DNA of 64,000 bases from Bryobacteraceae bacterium (lineage in GTDB: Bacteria > Acidobacteriota > Terriglobia > Bryobacterales > Bryobacteraceae). Within the stretch, counting starts at the first letter, position 1. Every line of letters begins with the position of its first letter. The position numbers and the translations under genes are program-made. The DNA is taken from positions 101,475 to 165,474 of the forward strand of contig JAHCHE010000013.1 in the NCBI GenBank assembly GCA_026129905.1, in the 5' to 3' direction. The notes beneath the pieces are model-generated. The model was not told the DNA's origin. It did not search any database and was given only the letters and a program-made list of their open reading frames with translations. Positions 18,432 to 27,799 of the stretch are shown one piece after another.

Positions 18432-20852
18432 CTGCTCACCCGCTGGAACCCGCTCAATTTCGAGCAGCCGCTGCCGCTGCCGCCCAGTGGATACAAGGTG
18501 CTGGTGGTGGGCCTCGGCCCCGCCGGCTTCACGCTGTCGCACTACCTGGTCAACCAGGGACACGCGGTCGTCGCCGTGGACGGGTTGAAGATCGAACCGC
18601 TGCCCGAAGCCGTTTCCGGATTCGACGCTTCCGGCGCCCGCGTGCCGTTTCGCCCTATCCGCGATCTCGACGAGCTGTACGAGCCGCTCGAGAACCGCTC
18701 GATGGCCGGCTTCGGCGGCGTCGCCGAGTACGGCATCACCGTCCGTTGGGACAAGAACTTCCTCAAGGTCATCCGCCTGCTGGTGGAGCGCCGCGAGCAG
18801 TTCGCCATGTACGGCGGCGTTCGGTTCGGAGGCACGCTGACGCCCGAGGGCGCGATGGCGCTCGGCTTCGATCACATCGCGCTGTGCATGGGCGCCGGCC
18901 GTCCGACCGTCGTCGACATGAAGAACGGGCTCGCCCGCGGCGTGCGCCAGGCGTCCGATTTTCTCATGGCGCTGCAACTCACCGGCGCGGCCAAGCGGGA
19001 TTCGCTCGCCAACCTCCAGATCCGCATGCCGGTGGTGGTGATCGGCGGCGGCCTGACGGCGATCGACACCGCGACGGAGTCGTTGGCCTACTACGTCGTC
19101 CAGGTGGAGAAGTTCATGCGCCGCTACGAAGCCCTCGCGGCCGAACGGGGCGAGCAGGCCGTGCGCGCCGGATGGACCAAAGAGGAGAACGCCATCGCCG
19201 ACGAGTTCCTGGCGCACGCGCGCGCTATCTGCATCGAGCGCCAGCGCGCCGCCGCCGAATCCAGAGCGCCCCGCTTCATCGACCTGCTGAATTCCTGGGG
19301 CGGCGCCACGATCGCTTACCGCCGCCGCCTGGTGGATTCGCCCAGCTACACCCTCAACCACGAAGAGGTGCAGAAATCGATGGAGGAGGGCGTCCGGTTC
19401 GCCGAAGGTCTTTCGCCGGAGGAGGTGCTGCTCGACGCCTTCGGCCACGCCCAGGCCGTCCGCTTCCGTAAGAGCCGCTACGACGAAGCCACCGGCAAGA
19501 TGGTGGATACCGGCGAAACCGCGGTGATGCCGGCGCGGTCGGTCCTCGTCGCCGCGGGCACCCAGCCCAATACCGTCCTGGCGCGCGAGGCGCCCGGCAT
19601 CGTTCTCGACGGCAAGTATTTTCAGGCGGTGGGCGAGGACGGCAGCCCCGTCGCGCCGGAGCGCATCGCCAAGCCGAAGACGCCGCAGGTGCTGATGTCG
19701 CTAAGGCCCGACGGCCGCGCGATGAGTTTCTTCGGCGATCTCCATCCGTCGTTCTCCGGCAATGTCGTCAAGGCCCTGGCCAGCGCCCGGCTCGGCTACC
19801 GGGTGGTGGACAACGTCCTGAGCCAGCGCAAGCCTGAGACGCCCGCGCCCGCGGATCTTCTGGAGACGTTGCGCGAGGAACTCCGGCCGGTGGTCTACGA
19901 GGTGGAACGGCTGACGCCGACGATCGTCGAGGTCGTCGTGAAGGCGCCGCAGGCCGCTCGCATGTTCAACCCCGGGCAGTTCTACCGCCTCCAGAACTAC
20001 GAGTCCCACGCATTGCGCGCCAACGGCACGACGCTGACCATGGAAGGCCTCGCGCTCACCGGCGCCTCCGTCGATCGCGAGCGCGGCCTCGTGTCGCTGA
20101 TCGCCTTGGAAATGGGCGGCTCGTCGGACTTGTGTGCGCACCTGAAGCCGGGCGAGCCTGTGGTTCTGATGGGTCCCACCGGGTCGCCGACGGAAACGCC
20201 CTCGGGCGAGACCGTGCTGCTGGCCGGCGGCGGCTTGGGCAATGCCGTTCTGTTCTCCATCGGACAGGCTCTGCGCGCCAACGGCTCGAGCGTCATCTAT
20301 TTCGCCGGCTACAAGAAGATCATCGACCGTTACAAGGTCGAGGAGATCGAGCGCGCTGCCGACGTCGTCGTCTGGTGCTGCGACGAGGCGCCCGGGTTCC
20401 AGCCGGACCGGCCGCAGGACCGCTCCGTCGCCGTGAACATTGTCGAGGCGATGGTCCGCTATGGACGCGGCGATCTCGGCCCCCCGGAGATCCCGCTCAG
20501 CGACGTCGATCGCATCATCGCCATCGGCTCCGACGGCATGATGTCCGCCGTGGCGCGCGCCCGCGCCGAACGTCTCGCGCCTTACCTCCGCCCCGGCCAT
20601 TGCGCTATCGGGAGCATCAACTCGCCGATGCAGTGCATGATGAAGGAGATCTGCGCGCAGTGCATTCAAAAGCACCGTGATCCCGTCAGCGGACGCGAGA
20701 TCGTGGTGTTCAGTTGCTTCAACCAGGATCAGCCGCTCGACCGCGTCGATTTCCCGTCCCTGCGCGACCGCCTTTCGCAGAACACACTGCAGGAGAAGCT
20801 GACGCGCCTTTGGATCGATCGCAGCCTTCGCCAGCTCGGACTACGGTCGTGA
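18432..20852 (+). CDS. Continuation: GltD/NfnB-like FAD/NAD(P) Rossmann domains + PyrK/FNR-like C-terminal domain (annotated ORF start GTG 18498)
   Basis: Same frame as 17325..18431. 'KVLVVGLGPAGF' and 'VVVIGGGLTAIDTA' dinucleotide-binding motifs are followed by FNR-like 'VLLAGGGLGNAVLFSIG' and a Cys cluster (CMMKEICAQC). The linker 'WGFEIY*LLTRWNPLNFEQPLPLPPSGYK' spans the stop codon. Confidence 0.6.
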   Translation: MLTRWNPLNFEQPLPLPPSGYKVLVVGLGPAGFTLSHYLVNQGHAVVAVDGLKIEPLPEAVSGFDASGARVPFRPIRDLDELYEPLENRSMAGFGGVAEYGITVRWDKNFLKVIRLLVERREQFAMYGGVRFGGTLTPEGAMALGFDHIALCMGAGRPTVVDMKNGLARGVRQASDFLMALQLTGAAKRDSLANLQIRMPVVVIGGGLTAIDTATESLAYYVVQVEKFMRRYEALAAERGEQAVRAGWTKEENAIADEFLAHARAICIERQRAAAESRAPRFIDLLNSWGGATIAYRRRLVDSPSYTLNHEEVQKSMEEGVRFAEGLSPEEVLLDAFGHAQAVRFRKSRYDEATGKMVDTGETAVMPARSVLVAAGTQPNTVLAREAPGIVLDGKYFQAVGEDGSPVAPERIAKPKTPQVLMSLRPDGRAMSFFGDLHPSFSGNVVKALASARLGYRVVDNVLSQRKPETPAPADLLETLREELRPVVYEVERLTPTIVEVVVKAPQAARMFNPGQFYRLQNYESHALRANGTTLTMEGLALTGASVDRERGLVSLIALEMGGSSDLCAHLKPGEPVVLMGPTGSPTETPSGETVLLAGGGLGNAVLFSIGQALRANGSSVIYFAGYKKIIDRYKVEEIERAADVVVWCCDEAPGFQPDRPQDRSVAVNIVEAMVRYGRGDLGPPEIPLSDVDRIIAIGSDGMMSAVARARAERLAPYLRPGHCAIGSINSPMQCMMKEICAQCIQKHRDPVSGREIVVFSCFNQDQPLDRVDFPSLRDRLSQNTLQEKLTRLWIDRSLRQLGLRS

Positions 20853-22456
20853 ACCCGGTTTCACTTCCGGGTCTGGTTGCCGGCGCCCGTTTTTTCGCCC
20901 GCCTTCCCGTTTATCTGCACCGGCGGCTCGACCTGCCGGAGGCCCGCGCCTTGCTGGCGCGAAGGCTGGAGCAGAGGGAGGCCCGCTTCCTCGACCGGCT
21001 GCGCACCGATGTCTACAGCCGGCCCAGCGGCGTCTACGCACGCTTACTCCGTCACGCGGGCTGCGAGTACGGCGACATTGAGCGCCTGGTGAAGACCGGC
21101 GGCGTCGAGGGGGCGCTCGAACGCCTCTTCGCCGCCGGCGTCTACCTCAGCGTCGACGAGTATAAGGGCCGGAAGCCTGTCGTTCGCGGGACTCTTCACA
21201 TCGAGGCCGGACCCGAACGGCTGCGCTCCCCCCGCGCCGCCTATCATCTTCCCGGCGCCAGCGGCGGCAGCCGCAGCGGCGGAACGCCGGTATTGATGGA
21301 CCTGCGTTTTGTCAGGGATTGCGCCGGCAACTGCGCGCTTTGCCTGGACGCCTGGGGCGGCGCGAACTGGCGGAAGGGAGATTATGAAACACCCGGCGCG
21401 GGCGCGCGTTTCCGCCTGGTGAAGTTCGCCGCCTTCGGGAGACTGCCGGAAGCCTGGTTTTCGCAGGTCCATCCCGCCGACCCGGCGCTGGCGCCCATCG
21501 CCCGATGGAACACGCGCGCCATGCGGCTGGCGAGCACGCTGGCCGGAAGGCCGCTCCCGGCGCCGGTCCACGCGCCTCTATACGACCCGGCGCCGGTGGC
21601 CGAGTGGCTCTCTTCGGTGTTGCGCGCCGGCGACACCCCTCACCTGTTCACCTTCCCGGGCTCCGCCGTGCGCGTCTGCCTGGCGGCCGAACAGAAAGGG
21701 ATCGAAATCGCGGGCGCTCGTTTCATGCTGGCCGGCGAGCCCATCACGGAGGCGCGGGTGGCCACCGTCCGCCGCAGCGGCTGCGTCGCCATCCCGAGGT
21801 ACGGCACGGTGGAGACCGGCGCCATCGCCTACGGCTGCCCCAACGGCGAGCATTCCGACGACGTCCACGTCCTGCGCGATATGCACGCCCTGATTCAGGC
21901 TGGCGACGACAACCCGGCCGGCCTGCCGCCCACCGGCATTCTGCTCACGCTCCTGCATCCGCGCTCGCCCTTCCTGATGATCAACGTCTCGATGGGCGAC
22001 CAGGCGCAGGTCGGCGAGCGGGACTGCGGGTGCCCTCTCTACAATGCCGGCTGGACGACGCGCCTCTACGAGATTCGCAGCTTCGAAAAGCTCACCGGCG
22101 GCGGCGTGACCTTCCTGGGGACGGACGTTATCCGTATCCTCGAGGAACTGCTGCCCGCGAAATTCGGCGGCGCGGCTACCGACTACCAGTTGGTGGAGGA
22201 AGAAGCCCCCGATGGCAGGCCGCTTCTGCTTCTCGTGGCGCATCCTGCGCTCGGGCCGATCGAGGAGTCGCGCCTCACCGAGACCTTTTACGCGGCGCTT
22301 GGCGAACTCTCGGATTACTCGGCGGCCATGACCCGGCGCTGGCGGGATGCCAATACGCTCCAGGTCGCCCGCCGCCCTCCCTCGATCTCGCGCGCCGGAA
22401 AGATCCTCCACCTGCACGCGTCCGGAAAGGTTAGTCCCCCACCACCGTCACCGTGA
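20849..22456 (+). CDS. PaaK-like adenylate-forming enzyme (phenylacetate-CoA ligase / F390-synthetase-related); GTG start overlapping the upstream stop (GTGA)
   Basis: 'FTFPGSAVRVCLAAEQKGIEIAGARFMLAGEPITEARVATVRRSGCVAIPRYGTVETG' matches PaaK/CapK-like ligases. The ORF track's upstream start at 20714 would overlap the preceding gene. Confidence 0.55.
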   Translation: MNPVSLPGLVAGARFFARLPVYLHRRLDLPEARALLARRLEQREARFLDRLRTDVYSRPSGVYARLLRHAGCEYGDIERLVKTGGVEGALERLFAAGVYLSVDEYKGRKPVVRGTLHIEAGPERLRSPRAAYHLPGASGGSRSGGTPVLMDLRFVRDCAGNCALCLDAWGGANWRKGDYETPGAGARFRLVKFAAFGRLPEAWFSQVHPADPALAPIARWNTRAMRLASTLAGRPLPAPVHAPLYDPAPVAEWLSSVLRAGDTPHLFTFPGSAVRVCLAAEQKGIEIAGARFMLAGEPITEARVATVRRSGCVAIPRYGTVETGAIAYGCPNGEHSDDVHVLRDMHALIQAGDDNPAGLPPTGILLTLLHPRSPFLMINVSMGDQAQVGERDCGCPLYNAGWTTRLYEIRSFEKLTGGGVTFLGTDVIRILEELLPAKFGGAATDYQLVEEEAPDGRPLLLLVAHPALGPIEESRLTETFYAALGELSDYSAAMTRRWRDANTLQVARRPPSISRAGKILHLHASGKVSPPPPSP

Positions 22457-22850
22457 TCTCGCGATCCCTCGGCCGGTCGTCGAAGTCGCACAACACGATC
22501 TGCTGCCACATTCCCGAACCCAACTGCCCGTCGATGATCGGGAAGCTCCTTGCCGTCCCTACCAGCGCGCTCCGCAAGTGCGAATACCCGTTATTGTCGC
22601 CCCACCGCGCGTTGTGGGCGTAATCTGAGGTCGGCGGCGCGATCTTGTCGAGGGCGCGTTGAAGATCGGACACGCAGCCCGGTTCGTACTCGATCGTGGT
22701 GATGCCGAGCGTCGAGCCGCGCCCGGAGACGTTCACTATCCCCGTGCGAATCCCGCTGTCCCGCACCATCTGCTCCACCTGCCGGTGGATGTCCACCACG
22801 TGACCGTGTCCCTGCGTGGATATCGGGAAGGACTTCTGAAAACTCGCCAT
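22431..22850 (-). CDS. yjbQ: YjbQ/UPF0047 family protein
   Basis: 139 aa, canonical YjbQ length. 'GIVNVSGRGSTLGITTIEYEPG...SHLRSALVGTARSFPIIDGQLGSGMWQQIVLCDFDDRPRDREI' matches the family signature. Confidence 0.8.
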   Translation of the reverse strand: MASFQKSFPISTQGHGHVVDIHRQVEQMVRDSGIRTGIVNVSGRGSTLGITTIEYEPGCVSDLQRALDKIAPPTSDYAHNARWGDNNGYSHLRSALVGTARSFPIIDGQLGSGMWQQIVLCDFDDRPRDREITVTVVGD

Positions 22851-22854
22851 GCCC

Positions 22855-24156
22855 TTATCGTCGCCCCGAAAAGTGGTGCGCCGCTTCCAGCATGGCTACG
22901 ATGTTTTTCACCGGCGTGTTCGCCTGGATATTGTGAATGGTATTGAAGACAAAACCGCCGTCCCTCGAAAATACCTCGCACCGGCGCAACGCCTCTTCCC
23001 GTACCTGGTCAGGCTGGCCGAACGGCAGCGTCTTCTGCGTGTCCGCGCCGCCGCCCCAGAATACCAGCTTGTCGCCGTAGCTCGATTTCAGGTGTTCGGC
23101 GCCCATGTTCGCGGCCGAGCATTGCACCGGGTTCAAAATGTCGAACCCTCCTTCGATGAACGACGGGATGAAGCGATCCACCGAGCCGCAGGAATGTTTG
23201 AAACACTTCCAGTTCGTATTGGCGTGAATCCAGGCATTGATCTTCGTGTAATAGGGAAGCCACAGTTCGTTGAACGTGCCGGCCGAACAGAACGAGGAGT
23301 CCTGCGTGCCGAAATCCGTCCCGCACAGAAACACCGCGTCGACGTTCCCGTTCACCGCCTCGCGGATCTTCACCAGGTTCTCCAGCGCGTACTCGCATTG
23401 CCGCGCGAAGATCGCATGAACGTAATCGCGGCGCAGGCGCGTGGACATGTACCACTCCGCGATGTCCCGGATTCCCTTCGGGCGCTTCAGAAATGGCGCG
23501 GGGACCAGCGCGATGTCGCCGAACGCCATCCCGCCGAAACAGGCCACCACCGCCCGCCCGCTCGCCCTCGCGCGCTGGGCGGAGGTCCGGAGATGTTCGA
23601 GATCGGCCTCCGTGACGGGTCCGAACTCCTCGAGGTTGTCCTCCACGTTCAGGTTATCCTCGTCGATCGGCGGCTGCCGGACGATGGCGTCGAAAAAGAA
23701 TCCGCCCTTGGGCATCCTGCCGCTTGCCGGCGCCGCCGTATCGCCTTCCGGATAGATCAGCACGTCCCCGTTTTCGTCGATCGTGGTCTTGAAGTCCTCC
23801 GGAACCAGCGCCTCGAGCCCGTCCTGGCAGCGCCACTCCTTCCAGCCGCGGTTCTCGAACCCGAACATGGTCTTGCGCGGGAACACGCCTTCGGTGTCGA
23901 TGCCCATGGCGTCCTTCAGGTCGTCGTCCACGTAGCCGAGCATCTGGTACGGCTCGTGCACCTTCACCGGCTTCTTCTCCAGGCCGTAGTAGTCGCGCAG
24001 CGCCGCCACGCAACTGACGTGAATGCCCGTCACCGCCGTGCTGCCGAAATCCACCGGAATCCGGTCGGGCTCGCGATGATCGAGCGCGGCAAGAACTCTC
24101 TCTCTGCTGGTCATGGAGGGCGTCACCAATTCGTAGAATAGGACATTTTCGTCCAT
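22855..24156 (-). CDS. Uroporphyrinogen-decarboxylase (URO-D)-like family enzyme (methyltransferase/decarboxylase fold)
   Basis: 433 aa from the internal ATG at 24156 (MDENVLFYELV...). URO-D-like TIM-barrel features are present. The longer 512-aa ORF adds a low-complexity, non-conserved N-terminus. Confidence 0.6.
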   Translation of the reverse strand: MDENVLFYELVTPSMTSRERVLAALDHREPDRIPVDFGSTAVTGIHVSCVAALRDYYGLEKKPVKVHEPYQMLGYVDDDLKDAMGIDTEGVFPRKTMFGFENRGWKEWRCQDGLEALVPEDFKTTIDENGDVLIYPEGDTAAPASGRMPKGGFFFDAIVRQPPIDEDNLNVEDNLEEFGPVTEADLEHLRTSAQRARASGRAVVACFGGMAFGDIALVPAPFLKRPKGIRDIAEWYMSTRLRRDYVHAIFARQCEYALENLVKIREAVNGNVDAVFLCGTDFGTQDSSFCSAGTFNELWLPYYTKINAWIHANTNWKCFKHSCGSVDRFIPSFIEGGFDILNPVQCSAANMGAEHLKSSYGDKLVFWGGGADTQKTLPFGQPDQVREEALRRCEVFSRDGGFVFNTIHNIQANTPVKNIVAMLEAAHHFSGRR

Positions 24157-24238
24157 GATGGCCGGCCGTCTCGAACCGGCGGCGCCGCGCGGGTTACAAT
24201 CCCTGGTAGACCATCTCTCTCTGGGGAGGGCAATCAGG

Positions 24239-25186
24239 ATGCAGCGAAGAAGCTTTTTCGGCGCGGCGTTCGCGGGCCTGGCGGCGTCCAAGGCGCCGGC
24301 GGCCAAGGCGGGCGGCATTCCCACCCGCGCGTTCGGCAAAACGGGCGAGAAGCTCACTATCGTCGGCCAGGCGGGCGGCCGCTTTCCGCTCATCGACTTC
24401 GACGAAGCGAAGGCCGTCGTCCGGCGCGCCTACGATCTCGGCGTCAACTATTTCGACAACGCGCGCGGGTACGGCGACGGGCAGGCCGAGGAAGTCTACG
24501 GCGCGGTGCTGCCGGAGTTCCGCAAAGAGGTGTTCATCACCACCAAGTCCACCAAGCGGAGCCGCAAGGAAGCCGAAGAGGAACTCCACCTTTCTCTGGA
24601 GGCGCTGAAGACCGACTACATCGACCTGTGGCAGATCCACAGCGTCAGCGAGATGAGCGAGGTGGACGCCATCTTCGCACCCGGGGGCGCCATCGAAGCG
24701 TTCGAGGCCGCCAAGAAGGCGGGCAAGTGCCGCTTCATCGGCTTCACCGGCCACACCGACCCGCACGTCCACGCCGAGATGCTGAAGCGCTACGACCGCT
24801 ACGACTCGATCCTGATGCCGCTGAACATCGCCGACCCCGGCTACCTCAGCTTCGAGAAGATCGTGCTGCCGGAAGCGGTAAAGCGCGGCATCGGCATCCA
24901 GGCCATGAAGACGACGGCGAACGCGAAGCTGCTGCAATCGTTCAGCGTCCGCGAGTGCCTCGACTACGCCCTCAGCCTGCCGGTCCACTGCGCGACGCTC
25001 GGCTGCACGACGCTGGGCCAGATCGAGGACGACGTCCGCATCGCCCAACAATTCCGCCCGCTGGCATCCGACGACTTGACCAAGCTGCGCGCCCGCGCCG
25101 ACAAGCTGGCCGGCCCCTCGCTCGAAGACTGGAAACGCAACATCCACACCGCCGGCGCCCGCGTCCCCCGGTACACGGGAAGCTGA
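24239..25186 (+). CDS. Aldo/keto reductase with twin-arginine (Tat) signal
   Basis: Starts 'MQRRSFFGAAFAGLAASKAPAA' (RRxFF Tat motif), preceded by a ggggaggg SD. The AKR core is 'GVNYFDNARGYGDGQAEEVYG...IDLWQIHS...GKCRFIGFTGH'. Confidence 0.8.
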   Translation: MQRRSFFGAAFAGLAASKAPAAKAGGIPTRAFGKTGEKLTIVGQAGGRFPLIDFDEAKAVVRRAYDLGVNYFDNARGYGDGQAEEVYGAVLPEFRKEVFITTKSTKRSRKEAEEELHLSLEALKTDYIDLWQIHSVSEMSEVDAIFAPGGAIEAFEAAKKAGKCRFIGFTGHTDPHVHAEMLKRYDRYDSILMPLNIADPGYLSFEKIVLPEAVKRGIGIQAMKTTANAKLLQSFSVRECLDYALSLPVHCATLGCTTLGQIEDDVRIAQQFRPLASDDLTKLRARADKLAGPSLEDWKRNIHTAGARVPRYTGS

Positions 25187-25225
25187 GTCGGCCGGGCACG
25201 CGCTACCAGACGCAACGACCGGCGA

Positions 25226-26158
25226 TTATCTCCCGACCGAGATCCGGACCGTGACCGGATAGTGATCGGACGCTCGTACTTCACTTTTAACGCTCCCGTC
25301 GGAAAAACCGAGATCGCCTCGCACAAAGATCCAATCCAGAGGAGCGCCGCGCGCGGTCGTCGCCTGGCCGCCAACCGCCGTGCGGAACCCGGCTTCGAGT
25401 ATCGCCTGAATCACCGGCGATGACGCGCTCGCGACATTCAGATCCCCCGCGATGACGATCGGCATCGCCCCGGAATGCTTGAGGGCGTGGGCCAGCACCT
25501 CTTGCATCTGCCGCAGCCGGACGGCCTCCGGACCGCGGCTTTCCAGGTGTACGTTGTACACGACAATGGCGCGCCGGCCCGCCTGGATTTCCGCCGCCAG
25601 GGCCAGCCGTCCGCCAACCCGCCTCTGAAACACCGCCCAGTTGGGAATGAACCACCTCGGGCGCCAGTAGTCGGACTGATGCGTGAATCGCACGATGGAC
25701 GCGGACCGGATCGGCAGCGAAGCCAGCACGGCTTGGCCTTGATAAGCGGGCGAGGCGGATGTCTTCTGGCCCAGTTCCAGGAACTCGGCGGCGAAAACGT
25801 AGTTCATCTTGAAGCGCCGCGCGAGGTCTTCCGCAATGTCGACGGATCCGCTGCGCCGGGCGTTCCGGTCCACTTCCTGCAACAGCAGGATGTCGGCGGT
25901 TTCGCGGCCCAGCGCCGCGGCGACCCCCTCCAATTGTTGTCCCCGCTCGATGTTCCAACTCACCAGCCTGAAGTCGTTCCGTTCCTCTTGCGCTTCGGCG
26001 GCGGAACCGCCACGCCAGATGCGGTCCCGAAAATCCTCGGCGCCGGCAGGAAACGCGGCAAGAGCGAGACAGGCCGCCAATAGCACTGGCGGCGTCAGGC
26101 CGCTCGGGGATCCTGTTCTACAAATCGGAACGGGCGTTTCTCTCGTGAACCTCGGCAT
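25226..26158 (-). CDS. Endonuclease/exonuclease/phosphatase (EEP) family protein, secreted
   Basis: 'FRLVSWNIERG...ADILLLQEVD...IVVYNVHLES...IVIAGDLN...ASDHYPV' are EEP catalytic motifs. A signal-like N-terminal region is present. Confidence 0.75.
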   Translation of the reverse strand: MPRFTRETPVPICRTGSPSGLTPPVLLAACLALAAFPAGAEDFRDRIWRGGSAAEAQEERNDFRLVSWNIERGQQLEGVAAALGRETADILLLQEVDRNARRSGSVDIAEDLARRFKMNYVFAAEFLELGQKTSASPAYQGQAVLASLPIRSASIVRFTHQSDYWRPRWFIPNWAVFQRRVGGRLALAAEIQAGRRAIVVYNVHLESRGPEAVRLRQMQEVLAHALKHSGAMPIVIAGDLNVASASSPVIQAILEAGFRTAVGGQATTARGAPLDWIFVRGDLGFSDGSVKSEVRASDHYPVTVRISVGR

Positions 26159-26290
26159 AGGCTGCGTCTATCATCATTACGATAGCGATTGGCCGGGGAG
26201 GCGCGTCGCCCGGCACATAGGAATCTTGACCGCTCGGCCGTAACGCTCCGCCGGGATGTGTTAAGTTGAGGAAGGACCTGCCCTTGCCGC

Positions 26291-26384
<94 letters not shown>

Positions 26385-26460
26385 GCCCTAATCATTCAAA
26401 GACTTAGACGGATTCGTGATATCGTTCGCAGGAGTACTGCCACTTGATGCCCGGGCAAGA

Positions 26461-26628
26461 TCAGGAAGCGGCCGCGCGCAGCGGCGGGAGCGCGACGGTG
26501 CGGGTTCGCTTGCCCTTGGGCTTCTTGATGAACACATGCCACCTACGACGAGCATCCGCCCTGGTGCAATGTGGAAACGAATCCGGCGGATTGGAGAACC
26601 TACCTGCGGTTGCGGACCACGGCAGCAT
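26461..26628 (-). pseudogene. Fragment of a tyrosine recombinase/integrase (~56 codons) abutting tRNA-Ser
   Basis: The minus-strand reading gives '...RRRWHVFIKKPKGKRTRTVALPPLRAAAS*'. 'GKGxKxRTVPL' is the conserved motif just upstream of the catalytic domain of tyrosine integrases. It is bounded by stops, so only a remnant remains. Confidence 0.45.
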
Positions 26629-26703
26629 TCAGGCGAAGCGAAGGCCGTTCATTGGACGCGCCAAATCCACAATCGGGCCGGTGGCAACAGCTCTAGAGCG
26701 ACT

Positions 26704-27054
26704 TCAACTCGCCCTCCGCAGCACGTCCTCCACTGCCTCGGGATGCTTGGCGATTACTGCCAGCAGCACGCGCGTAGGCGCGTCCGGCCGCGACCTGCCC
26801 TGCTCCCAGTTGCGCAGTGTGGCTGGCGGAAGGCCGAACTTTGTCGCGAACTCCGACTGGCTGAGTCCCATCTTGGTCCGGACCTTGCGCACATCAATCT
26901 CAGGGATGTGAACCAGCGTTACGCGGGCGTTGGTGCTCTCTCCGCGCGTCCACGCGATCGCGTCGTTCAGGCCCTGAATGATGCTCTCGCCCACCGTCTG
27001 GCGCTTTCGAGCGACCGCCTTCTTCGCCGGTTTCGCCGTCTTCCTCGCAGCCAT
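26704..27054 (-). CDS. HTH (XRE/COG2944-type) antitoxin, partner of second RelE/HigB-like toxin
   Basis: '...VTLVHIPEIDVRKVRTKMGLSQSEFATKFGLPPATLRNWEQGRSRPDAPTRVLLAVIAKHPEAV' has the same architecture as the 8776..9099 antitoxin. Confidence 0.75.
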   Translation of the reverse strand: MAARKTAKPAKKAVARKRQTVGESIIQGLNDAIAWTRGESTNARVTLVHIPEIDVRKVRTKMGLSQSEFATKFGLPPATLRNWEQGRSRPDAPTRVLLAVIAKHPEAVEDVLRRAS

Positions 27055-27064
27055 ATTGCACCTC

Positions 27065-27414
27065 CTATGCCTTCCTCGGATAGCCGGCGATCAGGGCCGG
27101 CACCAACCGTTTCATGGCGTTCTGCTCGGCCTTGCTCAGGTTCTCCTTCCGGCCCTTCGCATATGCGGAAAGCAGAAACACCGGCAGACGCTCGCTGTGG
27201 TAGTAGTAGATCACTCGCGCGCCGCCGCGCTTGCCCATGCCCGGCAAGGCCCACCGGATCTTCTAACGCCGCCGGTCTCCGGAATGATCTCTCCGGCTTC
27301 TGGATTCGCCGCGATGAACGCCACCAACCCCGCGCGCTCTGATCCGGAAAACAACGGCTTCGCCTTGCGCAGGGACTCCGCGGTCTCGACCACCGTCATC
27401 GGAGCATTCGCCAT
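27065..27414 (-). pseudogene. Second RelE/HigB-like toxin (paralog of 8328..8899), frameshifted
   Basis: The N-terminal part (ORF 27211..27414) reads '...GEIIPETGGVRR'. The C-terminal part (ORF 27065..27247) is in another frame: 'KIRWALPGMGKRGGARVIYYYHSERLPVFLLSAYAKGRKENL'. Restoring one 'a' in 'gttagaa[a]gatccgg' joins them into the family layout (TGGVRKIRW.PGxGKRGGAR). Confidence 0.6.
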
Positions 27415-27799
27415 GCTCCTTCACTATACGCAATTTGCGCAGCCTGAGTGCAGTTCCTTATCGGCGGCCTGCCGGGCGGGGTTGGTCACGAAACGGCCCG
27501 GATCGTCTGGCTCCACCTGATAGTCGAAAAATCGATCAGAAACTCCTGCCGCATGTATCACGGCCAACGTAACAGCCAGGCGCCCCAGTTTGCGGCGCAG
27601 CGTTTTGACCTCGGGCACGCGATCCAAGCCCACGATGCGCCCCAGATCGCCGGGCGCATGACGTTTCAAGGTCTCGAGGCGCGGGATGCGCCCTTCTCCA
27701 GTCCCTGGCGAAACCAACCCGTGACGGCGCCATGTATTGCGGCGTCCCGAGGATGGTTCCCTGGCCGAATGGTATTGTCCCCCGCCATATGACGCTGGG

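Noticed and set aside
17439-20675. Long minus-strand ORFs 17439..19448 and 19701..20675
   Set aside because: Antisense to the GltD/NfnB-like oxidoreductase; Gly/Ala/Arg-rich artefacts.
22849-24141. 430-aa plus-strand ORF
   Set aside because: Antisense to the URO-D-like gene.
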